Source: Candidatus Woesearchaeota archaeon
GTDB taxonomy: Archaea > Nanobdellota > Nanobdellia > SCGC-AAA011-G17 > GW2011-AR17
Assembly: GCA_009691355.1 (NCBI GenBank)
Contig: SICW01000002.1
Coordinates: 1-36,880 of the forward strand
Length of the DNA: 36,880 nt
Reading direction: 5' to 3'
Numbering within the stretch: position 1 is the first letter of the stretch; each line of letters begins with the position of its first letter. This document shows positions 17,085 to 25,917 of this stretch, piece by piece. The notes below the pieces were generated by a model. The model saw nothing but the letters and a program-made list of their open reading frames with translations. It did no database searches and was not told the origin of the DNA. The translations under genes were made by a program, and so were the position numbers.

Positions 17085-17588
17085 TCAACCTATAATTGCA
17101 AGAACAGTTCTCACCATGCCAGATTTTATTTTACCAAAAAAACCGACTCCATTATAGGTAATGTCTTTATTTTTTAATGCTTGCGTTAGATCGAAACTAT
17201 CACTCTCTAAAGAAATAAATACATTATCAGAAATATGCGCCTCCAAGGTTACGTCTTCTAATGGACCATCTTGTATGCTTGTTACTTTACCATCTTCAAC
17301 TTGGATTCCAATACTATCTCCACCTTCAAAGTAGATATTTATATTGGTTTTCCCTACAACTATTTTTGCAATGGCAGGAGTATCTGCTAATTCTTCATTT
17401 ACTTTATCTTCCACTTTTTCAAGATTTTCCATTACAGCCTGTTTTTGTGCCTCTACGGTATCTTCTTGATTTAATCCTTGCGTATCAATTCCTAAAAAGT
17501 TGTTAAAATCACTTTCTGCTTCATGCGCTTGCACAAAAGTTGCGACCATAATAATCATGAGGGTTGTTATTAATAAAAAGTTCTTCAT
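17085..17588 (-). CDS. Secreted or membrane-tethered SCP2-like (sterol/lipid carrier fold) protein, tentative
   Basis: Signal peptide MKNFLLITTLMIIMVATFVQA/HE. The C-terminal half INIYFEGGDSIGIQVEDGKVTSIQDGPLEDVTLEAHISDNVFISLESDSFDLTQALKNKDITYNGVGFFGKIK follows the SCP2 domain pattern (beta strands, then AF..GKlki.G). Identified by eye only. Confidence 0.5.
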   Translation of the reverse strand: MKNFLLITTLMIIMVATFVQAHEAESDFNNFLGIDTQGLNQEDTVEAQKQAVMENLEKVEDKVNEELADTPAIAKIVVGKTNINIYFEGGDSIGIQVEDGKVTSIQDGPLEDVTLEAHISDNVFISLESDSFDLTQALKNKDITYNGVGFFGKIKSGMVRTVLAIIG

Positions 17589-17611
17589 TTCATAGTATCA
17601 GAAGAAACCGT

Positions 17612-17621
17612 TCTATTTAAA
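17612..17621 (-). promoter_or_regulatory. TATA-like box for the SCP2-like gene
   Basis: Minus-strand GTTTAAATAG is centred about 28 nt upstream of ATG 17588. Confidence 0.45.
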
Positions 17622-17625
17622 CTTA

Positions 17626-17862
17626 ATGGAGAAAAAAGATACTTTTAAAAAGAATATTTCACTTATTCATTCTATGGAAAAAGATAAAGTATTCATGATA
17701 CGATTTACTGTAAACCTAGATGGAAAGATGGCTACAGAAATGACTACCAAGAATATGAGCCCACAGGAAAGTATTGGGCTTCTTGAAATTGCAAAGCAAC
17801 AAATCCTTGATGGTGTTAAACAGAACAAGAAGGAAATCTTTCGAGGATCTAAAGATGCATAA
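17626..17862 (+). CDS. Small hypothetical protein (78 aa), overlaps the start of the HIT gene by 8 nt
   Basis: ORF ends GATGCATAA, overlapping ATG 17855 of the next gene. No TATA lies directly upstream of the HIT gene, so co-transcription is plausible. No recognisable motif. Confidence 0.35.
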   Translation: MEKKDTFKKNISLIHSMEKDKVFMIRFTVNLDGKMATEMTTKNMSPQESIGLLEIAKQQILDGVKQNKKEIFRGSKDA

Positions 17863-18262
17863 TTGCATTTTTTGTAAAATTCTCACTGGTGAAATACCTA
17901 CACTCAAAGTGTATGAAGATACGCATGCCATTGCATTTCTCGATGTAAACCCTGTAAGCAAGGGACACACCTTAGTCATTCCTAAAACGCACTATGAAAC
18001 TCTTTCTTTGATGCCAGAAACAGAGTTTCTTAGTTATATGGCAACTGTACATAAAGTCGTCAAGGGACTGATGAAATATACAGATGGCGTGAATGTTTTG
18101 CAAAATAATGGGAAGGATGCAGGACAACTTGTCCCACATGTTCATTTTCATATTATCCCTAGAAGACCAGGTGATGGACTCAAAATTGGAGAATGGCATG
18201 TACACCATGATCCAGATTTAGACAAAGTCCAAATGGTTATAAAAAGCCTTTTAAAGGAGTAA
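17855..18262 (+). CDS. HIT family protein (Hint-like nucleotide phosphoramidase)
   Basis: MHNCIFCKILTGEIP...AFLDVNPVSKGHTLVIPK...HVHFHIIPR is a classical HIT signature. The track ORF starts further upstream at an alternative codon (17774). Confidence 0.85.
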   Translation: MHNCIFCKILTGEIPTLKVYEDTHAIAFLDVNPVSKGHTLVIPKTHYETLSLMPETEFLSYMATVHKVVKGLMKYTDGVNVLQNNGKDAGQLVPHVHFHIIPRRPGDGLKIGEWHVHHDPDLDKVQMVIKSLLKE

Positions 18263-18282
18263 TTTTTCTCAGGATAGAATAC

Positions 18283-18356
18283 GGCACAGTAGTTTAATCT
18301 GGTAGAACACGAGTCTCATGAGCTCGGGGTTGGGGGTTCAAATCCCTCCTGTGCCA
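18283..18356 (+). tRNA. tRNA with CAU anticodon (elongator Met, or Ile2 if modified); CCA not encoded
   Basis: Acceptor GGCACAG/CTGTGCC. Anticodon stem CGAGT/GCTCG with loop CTCATGA. T-arm GGGGGTTCAAATCCCTC. It does not start with the AGCGGG typical of archaeal initiators. Confidence 0.9.
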
Positions 18357-18403
18357 TTTTTTCTCGCATAAGTCTTATAAATCCTAAATAAATTTTTACT
18401 TTT

Positions 18404-19048
18404 ATGGATAAGACATTTTCTTTTGCTGAAGGCATTGAGGCTCTCACAACACGTATTTCTTCCCTTCGTGATACTACTCCTGTTGTTATTGTAGGAGTTG
18501 CAGGTGGATCAGCATCTGGAAAAGGGTATCTTACCAGACAAGTTGAATCTCGGATCAATGGTCTTGTTCCTCTTGCTATTGATCATTACTATTTGGGAAA
18601 AAAGGATATGCCTGATCCGACTAACTATGATAGACCAGATTCACTGGAACTCTCTCTTCTTGTAGAGCATCTTGCTCAGCTTCGTCAAGGAAGGTCAGTA
18701 CAGAGACCACAGTATGATTTTGCAAGTTCTTGCCGTATTGGAACAGAAGAACTTCGTCCAGGCCAAGTTATTTGGGTTGATGGTTTGTTTGCATTACATG
18801 ATACTGTTCGTGATGCTCTTGACATACGAATCTTTGTTGATTCTTCTGAAGAAGAGCGTTTAGCACGTCGAAAGTATAGAGATATTGCTGAAGGAAGAAG
18901 GCCAGTTGGACCTGAAGGCCAAGGCACTGTTGAAGATACCATTACTCGGTACTGGAATGCAATTGTTGAACCTATGTATAGGGAACATATTGCTCCTACA
19001 AAAAGACATGCTCATATTGTTATTACAAACACAGGACTCCCAGTATAG
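18404..19048 (+). CDS. udk: Uridine kinase (Udk/PRK family P-loop kinase)
   Basis: P-loop VGVAGGSASGKG. DHYY...NYDRPDSLELSLLVEHLAQLRQGRSVQRPQYDF...IWVDGLFAL...DIRIFVDSSEEERLARRKYRD matches the uridine kinase pattern. TATA-like CTTATAAAT lies about 26 nt upstream. Confidence 0.85.
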   Translation: MDKTFSFAEGIEALTTRISSLRDTTPVVIVGVAGGSASGKGYLTRQVESRINGLVPLAIDHYYLGKKDMPDPTNYDRPDSLELSLLVEHLAQLRQGRSVQRPQYDFASSCRIGTEELRPGQVIWVDGLFALHDTVRDALDIRIFVDSSEEERLARRKYRDIAEGRRPVGPEGQGTVEDTITRYWNAIVEPMYREHIAPTKRHAHIVITNTGLPV

Positions 19049-19056
19049 GAATTTGT

Positions 19057-19533
19057 ATGATACATCCCCTTCGTTCTTTGAAAAAAATGGTTCTTGATGT
19101 TCGAGATGGGCTTGCTGTAGATGATCTTGTTGTTTGTGCAGATATTACTGAAGTAAAGGCGAAAGAGAGATCCTACCCTTTAGATATAGCTGCAGATTTT
19201 CTTACCTTTGCACTAGCCTATAGACTTGCAAGAGATGAAAAACATAGGGATGTTCCTATCTTTGTAAAAAGGATAAAAACTTTTTCAGGGGATTATGATC
19301 CTTCCCTGCGATTTTTTCCTCGAAAAAATCCTACTGAAGAAGATTCCTTTGAAGAAGCTTGTAAAGGGCAGCTTGCACAGAGAGTGGGTACTTTCATTGC
19401 GAGATATCCTTCTTTTGCTTATGAAAAATCATTTGGAAAGCATTTCCCTTTGGCAAAGTCTATAGATCGTGAAAGCATTATTCAATGGTTTCCAGAAGAC
19501 CAAATCTATGGAGATATTTCCTTTTACGGATAA
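19057..19533 (+). CDS. Hypothetical protein (158 aa), tightly coupled to udk
   Basis: Starts 8 nt after the udk stop, with AGGAA upstream. Arg/Asp-rich like udk. No motif recognised. Confidence 0.55.
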   Translation: MIHPLRSLKKMVLDVRDGLAVDDLVVCADITEVKAKERSYPLDIAADFLTFALAYRLARDEKHRDVPIFVKRIKTFSGDYDPSLRFFPRKNPTEEDSFEEACKGQLAQRVGTFIARYPSFAYEKSFGKHFPLAKSIDRESIIQWFPEDQIYGDISFYG

Positions 19534-19534
19534 A

Positions 19535-21232
19535 CTACTTTCTCTTCCTTTCAACTTGTAATATTTTCATGTGCTCTTGTTTAATTCTCAATAAGCCTTT
19601 TTTATTCTCTAAATATTTCCCTAATAACCCCGAAATAATTTCTCCGGATTTTATTGTTGGAACAAGCACATAGTCTGCTCCAGCGTTATAGAGTTCAATT
19701 GCTTCCTCTACAGTTTTTGCAGTAAGTATGACCAAGGCATCAGAACGAATAGCTTTTACATAATTAAGGAGGAAGATATTATCCTGCTCTCTGGATACTG
19801 TAGAAATAACTACTTTTGCAGAGCTGAAATTCACCCTTTTTAGAATTTCTAAGTTGGTAATATCCCCATACATACAAGGAGTCATTTGTTTCTTTAAGGT
19901 TTCAATAATTTCAGGATTAAAATCTATAACCAGAACTTTCTTTTTCAAATGGTGATAGGTCCGTAAAAATGTGCCACCAACACGATTTGCACCAAAAAGA
20001 ATAATCTCAGGATGATCCTTATATTCAAATCCCATTTGTCTTCTTTTCTTAGATAGCCTTTCAAATAGGGAAAGAACTCTCGAAATTCTATTGTATACGA
20101 AGAGCTCGTATTTCATGATGTAGGCTGTTAAGGCTATAGTAATTATTGCCAGTAAAATGGTTAGAGAAAAAAGTTCTTTTGAGATATTATCACCAGTAAG
20201 CACAAGGATTAAACCAAACTCGGATACTTGAGCCATTGCAACAGAAGAGATAAAGGAGTTTCTTTTATCATAACCCAGTAAACTGAGAATCACCATGATA
20301 ATGAGAGGTTTTAAGAGTAGAATTAATGCCAGGAAGATGAAAAAAGGGAGGATAAGGCCAGATACATTTGTGAAAACTAACTGAAGCCCCAGAGAGACAA
20401 AAAAGATTGTTGCAAAGAAATCTTTTAAAGAATTAATACGAGCAACGATATTAAGATTATAAGGTAGGTTTGCTAAAGTGATTCCCCCAAAGAATGCACC
20501 AATTGCAATAGAAAAATCCAGAAGATACGCACCCATAGCAAAAATAAAACAAGTTGCTACAGAAAGTAAAAAAAGAAGCTCACTGGATTTCGCCGCAAAA
20601 CGAAAAATAGGAAAGGCAACAAAACGATTGATAGCAAATGCAATGACCAGAAGGACAGAAAATTTGAGAAGACTCATACCCACCGCTGCAAGGGAAAAAG
20701 AGCCACTATTACCAAGAACCATAAGTACAAGGATGACAATTAAGTCTTGGACGAATAAAATTCCAAGTATAATCCTTCCGTGCAGTGTATTTAATTCATC
20801 CTCATCAAAAAGCAATTTAATCACAATCATTGTACTGGAGAATGCAATCACCAGACCAGCGTACATTGCGTTTGTTGCGTCAAAACCTAACCAAAGAGCA
20901 ATGAAATACCCTGCAATAAAAGTGAGTAGGACTTGGAATACACCTGTAATCACGGTGACAAACCCTAAAGATTTTAATTTCTTTAAGTCCATTTCTAAAC
21001 CGACAATAAAAAGTAAAAATACAATTCCTATTTCTGAAAGATTTTGGATAACATCCACATCTTGGATAATTTTTAAACCCATGGGACCTAGAACAAGACC
21101 GGCAATAATATATGCAGGAATGAGAGGTTGTTTGAATATTTTTGCAATGTATGCAAAGAAGGTTGCAACAATTAAAACAATACCAATGGTAAAGAGAAGA
21201 CTCTGTGGGATATTTTGTAACACCTCTAACAT
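19535..21232 (-). CDS. Kef-type monovalent cation:proton antiporter (CPA2) with C-terminal RCK/TrkA-N domain
   Basis: 565 aa. About 12 hydrophobic helices, then IILFGANRVGG (Rossmann GxGxxG) and VLVIDFNPE. Confidence 0.85.
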   Translation of the reverse strand: MLEVLQNIPQSLLFTIGIVLIVATFFAYIAKIFKQPLIPAYIIAGLVLGPMGLKIIQDVDVIQNLSEIGIVFLLFIVGLEMDLKKLKSLGFVTVITGVFQVLLTFIAGYFIALWLGFDATNAMYAGLVIAFSSTMIVIKLLFDEDELNTLHGRIILGILFVQDLIVILVLMVLGNSGSFSLAAVGMSLLKFSVLLVIAFAINRFVAFPIFRFAAKSSELLFLLSVATCFIFAMGAYLLDFSIAIGAFFGGITLANLPYNLNIVARINSLKDFFATIFFVSLGLQLVFTNVSGLILPFFIFLALILLLKPLIIMVILSLLGYDKRNSFISSVAMAQVSEFGLILVLTGDNISKELFSLTILLAIITIALTAYIMKYELFVYNRISRVLSLFERLSKKRRQMGFEYKDHPEIILFGANRVGGTFLRTYHHLKKKVLVIDFNPEIIETLKKQMTPCMYGDITNLEILKRVNFSSAKVVISTVSREQDNIFLLNYVKAIRSDALVILTAKTVEEAIELYNAGADYVLVPTIKSGEIISGLLGKYLENKKGLLRIKQEHMKILQVERKRK

Positions 21233-21285
21233 TTTTTATTTAATGGATAGAAGAATTTATAAAGGTTTTTAGAACTTTCCGTTTG

Positions 21286-21684
21286 ATGAGCCTTTTTACA
21301 AGCTGTATTCTTTCACCAAGAAAAAAAAGTGATGGAGCACGTATCTCTGTGATGAGTAGGCATACATTGAATGATGGAAAAACTGCTGATCCACGTATTA
21401 CTCTTGCTCAGTATGATGAGTGGCTTGCTATTTTTGGACCTCCCCCACATTTGATTGGAGACTATTATAAAAGAGGACTACCCTGGGAAGGATTTGCAGA
21501 ACAGTATCTTACTTATTTGAGTAAAGGAGATATACCTCATTATGTAGAACTGCTTGCACGAAGAGCATTAGAAGAAAATCTTACTGTCCTTTGTATAGAA
21601 GAAAGACATGAACATTGCCATCGAAGATTGCTTGCAGAAGAATGCAAGTGGCATGCTCCACAACTGCAGATAGAACATCGGTAG
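21286..21684 (+). CDS. DUF488 (YeaO-like) family protein
   Basis: ARISVMSRHT...W...GPPPHL...LTVLCIEERHEHCHRRLLAE. The C..E....CHR motif is typical of DUF488. ATG lies at 21286, directly after the track's TTG. Confidence 0.7.
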   Translation: MSLFTSCILSPRKKSDGARISVMSRHTLNDGKTADPRITLAQYDEWLAIFGPPPHLIGDYYKRGLPWEGFAEQYLTYLSKGDIPHYVELLARRALEENLTVLCIEERHEHCHRRLLAEECKWHAPQLQIEHR

Positions 21685-21984
21685 TTATTTTTTTATATAA
21701 ATCTCAATTGTAGAAACCCTTATTTGACGTCCTTCTTTGTTTGTGAACTCTTCACTATTAATGAGAACCTTATCTGTCTTTACCTGACTTTCTAGAAATC
21801 GTTTCATAGCCACTTCTGAAATATCTACAGCCTTTGCAATAAACTTCCCACGTGCTTTTACGATGACTTCTTCAGCACCTAGAGAAGTAAATTGTAAAAC
21901 GATGGCCGTAACGTAATTCATAAAATTCTTCTCACCAACAAAAATAATATTATCCTTTTCTTTCTCTTCTGTAGAATCTTCCAT
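21685..21984 (-). CDS. albA: Alba DNA/RNA-binding chromatin protein
   Basis: NIIFVGEKNFMNYVTAIVLQF...EVIVKARGKFIAKAVDISEV is the canonical Alba signature. 99 aa. Confidence 0.9.
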   Translation of the reverse strand: MEDSTEEKEKDNIIFVGEKNFMNYVTAIVLQFTSLGAEEVIVKARGKFIAKAVDISEVAMKRFLESQVKTDKVLINSEEFTNKEGRQIRVSTIEIYIKK

Positions 21985-22032
21985 AGTTTTGGTTATATCC
22001 CTCTAGGCAAAAAACCCTTTGGCTTCTGCTAG

Positions 22033-22221
22033 TTACTCTTCTTTCTTCATTAAATGAGTAATATAACCGGTGAGAACGTTTCGTAGCTTTTTAGAAGGTA
22101 CTTCTACGAACTTAGGAACAATCGCTTTATTCTCTTCAAAAGTAGGTTTAAAACTAGATCGATATTGAGCAACTAATTTATTTCCCACACGCTTAATCAT
22201 AGTTGTTTTGATTCTTCCCAT
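22033..22221 (-). CDS. rps17e: 30S ribosomal protein S17e
   Basis: MGRIKTTMIKRVGNKLVAQY... and a 62-aa length are typical of archaeal S17e. TTTATAAA box at 22245-22252. Confidence 0.9.
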   Translation of the reverse strand: MGRIKTTMIKRVGNKLVAQYRSSFKPTFEENKAIVPKFVEVPSKKLRNVLTGYITHLMKKEE

Positions 22222-22244
22222 TAGGGATTATAATTTAGTTGACG

Positions 22245-22252
22245 TTTATAAA
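22245..22252 (-). promoter_or_regulatory. TATA box for rps17e
   Basis: TTTATAAA is centred about 27-30 nt upstream of ATG 22221. Confidence 0.5.
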
Positions 22253-22262
22253 TGTTTCGGGC

Positions 22263-23333
22263 TTACTTTTGTTTAATAATCCAGATCTCTCTGAGCATTT
22301 TTGAAGTTGGTGAAGAGTATAGAAATGGGCCTTCGAAAGGGATATGATTTTTTTCTAAAAGAGGAGCAATATTTACCGGTACTTCTTTTCGTGCGGTTGT
22401 TCGAAATCTGGGAGTAATAAAGACAATATTTTTTTTGGTAATCTTTCTTAAGGTTTGTATGGTTTCTTGGTAAAGAGGTAGCAAATTTCTTGCGACGCCC
22501 CTTGCTTTTTGTTCTGAAGGATAGTCTTTTATGAAAGGGCCTAGATAGGGCTCAGTTGCAACACAGTCTACCCTAGATATAAAACGGGTTAATTGACGCG
22601 CATCTGTTTCGATCAATCTATAGCTTGAATGACAGTTATAATGAGCTTTGATAAACTCTAAGTTTTTTTTACTGGCTTCAATACAAAATTTATCATTATC
22701 AGAGCCAATGACATCCATGCCCATGACCATTGCCTCTTGTGCAACGGTGCCTATACCACAAAAAGGGTCTAAAACTGTATCCCCTGGTTTTGCACCTGAG
22801 AGATTTATCAAAATTTTTGCGAGACGGATGGAAATCGTATGTAATGGACGCTGTGCTGGGCGCTTTGTATCACGAAATTTATGATGCTTGGGATTAAAAA
22901 CTGCGAGAGATTTTGCAACATTGCCCTTGTATTGAATAATTTCTACCACATTCTGTGCTTCTGAAGGCGTTAAATAATCTTGTTCTTGGTGATGGGATTT
23001 TTTTATGGTTGCTTTAATTCCTTCCTTTTTGAAATATGCTTTGAGCTCATTCTTAATATCTTCTTCTTCTCCATACTGAGACATTGCATATCTCACCTTA
23101 TTTTTTGTACCAGTATAGAGATTGTCAAAAGAGTCTACAATGAGAGCTATTTTCTGAATACCTCCAAGATCCTCAATCATTTTTTCTGCATTCACATTAT
23201 TCATAGAAAGAATGAGAGCAATATCGGACGTATCAAGAACTTCATATTTGAGATTTCTAGACTCGCAATAGGCAAAAAGCTCCTTTCGTGAAAGCTCTGG
23301 ATCTCTTCCTAGGATAAAAATGTATTTTTGCAT
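22263..23333 (-). CDS. Trm11/Trm-G10-like tRNA guanine-N2 methyltransferase (UPF0020 class)
   Basis: 356 aa. SAM motif VLDPFCGIGTVAQEA, DVIGSDND, and the catalytic-loop-like ATEPYLGP (a D/N-PPY variant). Confidence 0.7.
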   Translation of the reverse strand: MQKYIFILGRDPELSRKELFAYCESRNLKYEVLDTSDIALILSMNNVNAEKMIEDLGGIQKIALIVDSFDNLYTGTKNKVRYAMSQYGEEEDIKNELKAYFKKEGIKATIKKSHHQEQDYLTPSEAQNVVEIIQYKGNVAKSLAVFNPKHHKFRDTKRPAQRPLHTISIRLAKILINLSGAKPGDTVLDPFCGIGTVAQEAMVMGMDVIGSDNDKFCIEASKKNLEFIKAHYNCHSSYRLIETDARQLTRFISRVDCVATEPYLGPFIKDYPSEQKARGVARNLLPLYQETIQTLRKITKKNIVFITPRFRTTARKEVPVNIAPLLEKNHIPFEGPFLYSSPTSKMLREIWIIKQK

Positions 23334-23363
23334 AGAAATTTAGAAGAATGTTTGTTTATAAGG

Positions 23364-24452
23364 CTATTTACTTTCCATAAAAGAGTATCTTCCAAAACTT
23401 TCGTTAAAGGTTGGAAGTTTACCCTTTTTTAAAAGACTTTCATGGACAGCACCCGTTTGTGTTAGCTGCATTTCTGCGTTTTCTTTTGCCTTTCGGTGAG
23501 CATCTTTGATGTCATAAGGTAAACCAAGATAATATCTTAAGAAGGTCCCTAAGAAAGCATCACCTGCACCAGTTGGATCCACTATCTTTAAACCTTCTGT
23601 TGGATCTTGTTTTGAATACAAACTATGATCAGCTGCCTGGGAATCTCTATAATGAATAACAGAACCATCCTTATCTCTTGTTGAAATCATCACTTGTAGA
23701 TTTTTGTATCTAAAAAGACTGGGGATATTTAAACCTAGCTTTCTATTTAACGCTCCGGTTTCAGCACGATTCACTACAAGGATATTGGTCCTCTCAATGA
23801 CAGATTTAAATAAATCCACTCTGGAGCTGTACCTTGGGTCTTGAAGATATGGACCTGGATTATACACCAAAACTCCTTCAGGCTTTACTCTTCTAAATTC
23901 TGTTGCAACTCTTGCTGCTAAGGAAGGCTCTGTAATAGAAAGAACAAGTACATCTTGCCTTACTAAAAAAAGGGAATCGACTTGAATATCTTTAAAGTGT
24001 TCAGAAACCCCATCCTCCCAGGCCATAACTTGTTTTGAAGGATTGCTTCCATCGTATACATATGCGCAGCGTGCAAGGCTTCCTTCAAAATCTCTATCCT
24101 CATCCCTTTTTATGCCTAAAGTACCTAATGCTTTTCTATATTCATTAGAAAATGGATCTGAGCCAAGAATCGTTACTGCAGAAACGTCAAAGGGTAAAGG
24201 ATTATTGCTTGTGTCATCTCTTGCTGCAAGATATTGGCCTACGGTTAATATTGGACCACCAAGCCTTTTTAGAATAGCAGGTCTAGGGTCTTCATCTTCA
24301 ACTTTGCGATATGCACTTAGAATTTGTTCTATATCCATCCCACCACTATATCTTGCAAAACGACTATGAGTCTCTCTAATAAAATGATCTACTGCGCAAT
24401 CTCCTATGATTGCAAGCTTTAATTGTGTGGGTTCTCTCATTTGTAAAACCAT
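23364..24452 (-). CDS. PfkB-family sugar/nucleoside kinase
   Basis: The C-terminal signature DPTGAGDAFLGTFL matches the PfkB DTxGAGDxF motif. N-terminal IIGDCAVDH. Arg-rich, about 43% GC on one hand-counted line. Confidence 0.8.
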   Translation of the reverse strand: MVLQMREPTQLKLAIIGDCAVDHFIRETHSRFARYSGGMDIEQILSAYRKVEDEDPRPAILKRLGGPILTVGQYLAARDDTSNNPLPFDVSAVTILGSDPFSNEYRKALGTLGIKRDEDRDFEGSLARCAYVYDGSNPSKQVMAWEDGVSEHFKDIQVDSLFLVRQDVLVLSITEPSLAARVATEFRRVKPEGVLVYNPGPYLQDPRYSSRVDLFKSVIERTNILVVNRAETGALNRKLGLNIPSLFRYKNLQVMISTRDKDGSVIHYRDSQAADHSLYSKQDPTEGLKIVDPTGAGDAFLGTFLRYYLGLPYDIKDAHRKAKENAEMQLTQTGAVHESLLKKGKLPTFNESFGRYSFMESK

Positions 24453-24503
24453 TCTATTGATTTCACTAAAGCAACCCTATAAAAAGTACTCGGTTTCCCC
24501 GAA

Positions 24504-25352
24504 TTAAACCTTCTGGTTGAAGAGTTTTACTTCCTCAAGTACACTCTTTGCAAATTGAGAGTCTTTTACAACGAGTACACGAAATTTTCCTTTTTTCTGT
24601 AAGAGATCAGTAAGATGTTTTAGATCCAAAGATTTTAACTCTTTATGTTTTACAAAAAAATCATTTATCTCTTTGTTAATGATATCATCACCATAAAAAC
24701 TAAAAATAAGGTCTCCCATGATGTTGAGATGCCAATGCAAATGAGCATTTGTTGAATGTATCACTTTGATCCCTATACTCTTCTCAAAGTTTGAACAAAA
24801 CTTATCAATATTGGAGTTAGCACCACAAACCCCATAGATCTCGGACTTTAATTTTGCGACTACTTCTTTCTCACGTAGAGGATACACTAATGGCCACCAA
24901 TTGTGTGTATAATGCATCAGAATTCTCTTCTCTTTTTCAAAGAATTCATTAAAATAATCAATAAGTTCTAAAAAATAATTATCAAGCTGGGCATAGGACT
25001 CAAAATCAAAAGAAAGAGAATCCCCATCGTTTTTTAGCTCCAAGAGTTTGTTAATAGAATGTTTCTTTTGCGAAGTGTAATTTGAAAGAATGAGATCTGA
25101 AAATAGTCCTACCTGTTTAATCCACTCAATATTAAGCAGGTATTTTTTATTCTCACAGATTATGATTTCATCAGTAATGAGATGGTTTAATTCTTTATGC
25201 ACGGATTGATAGGAAACAGATTCATTAAAATTTGCCTTTATTTTTAATTTGAGATCTTTTACGGTTAAAGGGAACTCAGAAGCTAGTAAAACAATAATTT
25301 TCTCTTTGACTGTTTTAGGGATCAGTTTAGGAAGTAGTGCACGGATAATCAT
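24504..25352 (-). CDS. Winged-helix-like N-terminal domain protein, otherwise unknown
   Basis: 282 aa. The N-terminus KEKIIVLLASEFPLTVKDLKLKI...SYQSVHKELNHLITDEII looks like a wHTH. The rest is orphan. Confidence 0.55.
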   Translation of the reverse strand: MIIRALLPKLIPKTVKEKIIVLLASEFPLTVKDLKLKIKANFNESVSYQSVHKELNHLITDEIIICENKKYLLNIEWIKQVGLFSDLILSNYTSQKKHSINKLLELKNDGDSLSFDFESYAQLDNYFLELIDYFNEFFEKEKRILMHYTHNWWPLVYPLREKEVVAKLKSEIYGVCGANSNIDKFCSNFEKSIGIKVIHSTNAHLHWHLNIMGDLIFSFYGDDIINKEINDFFVKHKELKSLDLKHLTDLLQKKGKFRVLVVKDSQFAKSVLEEVKLFNQKV

Positions 25353-25414
25353 AGAAGGAGAATATAGGGATTAGAGTATTTAAATGTTTTTATTCTTAAA
25401 CTAAACGGTTTAAA

Positions 25415-25585
25415 ATGACTTTACCCGGGGCTTTAATAAGAAGTTTGCCCAAACCAAATAGGCTCATGAAAAGAAAAAGAACAAAAGGTATCGATTATCT
25501 TTCTCGTAATCAAGTTATTCAAGACTATTTAAGCATTAAGGAAGAAGACTATTCTCAGGGCAGTTTTCTTCAGGGAGCAAGTTAA
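25415..25585 (+). CDS. Possible small basic protein (56 aa), below the ORF-track cutoff
   Basis: ATG at 25415. The stop TAA overlaps the next ATG (TAATG at 25583-25587). Sequence: MTLPGALIRSLPKPNRLMKRKRTKGIDYLSRNQVIQDYLSIKEEDYSQGSFLQGAS. Confidence 0.3.
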   Translation: MTLPGALIRSLPKPNRLMKRKRTKGIDYLSRNQVIQDYLSIKEEDYSQGSFLQGAS

Positions 25586-25917
25586 TGAATATGCATCTTG
25601 TCATAGAAGAGAACGGATGCAAGGATAAAGAGATCACAGTTTTGGATACACGACTGCCTTATTTTTATGCAAAGGTAAGAGAACTTTTTACTCTAGAACC
25701 AGAAGAAGTACATGTCATTCTTATTGATGATAAACAGAGATTTGCTACATTGAGAGGTGAGGAGAGTGATGATGGTGCTTTTTCTATGGAAAATACCATT
25801 TATATTTATGAACCAAACCAATTTGGTATCGCAACTTCTATTAACCGAGAACACTTCTATGAAGTTCTTTATCAAGAATTAATCTATCTTTTTTATAGAA
25901 CAAATAAAAATTCTTAG
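25585..25917 (+). CDS. Hypothetical protein (110 aa)
   Basis: ATG start coupled to the upstream small ORF. No confident motif. Confidence 0.5.
   Translation: MNMHLVIEENGCKDKEITVLDTRLPYFYAKVRELFTLEPEEVHVILIDDKQRFATLRGEESDDGAFSMENTIYIYEPNQFGIATSINREHFYEVLYQELIYLFYRTNKNS

Noticed and set aside
20478-21272. 264-aa plus-strand ORF, the longest unexplained ORF in the track
   Set aside because: It lies entirely antisense to the Kef-type antiporter gene, which has clear transporter and RCK motifs. Its product is a low-complexity K/R/I/T-rich mirror of hydrophobic codons and starts at a non-ATG codon.
18357-21285. Direct repeat of the tRNA(CAU) 3' end that would delimit an island containing udk
   Set aside because: I could not find GGTTCAAATCCCTCCTGTGCC or a recognisable fragment of it downstream in the non-coding stretches. 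The island idea therefore rests only on composition.
25585-25917. Degenerate zinc-metallopeptidase interpretation of the 110-aa protein (YQELIY in place of HExxH)
   Set aside because: Both His ligands and the catalytic Glu position do not line up. The resemblance is too weak to report as a function.
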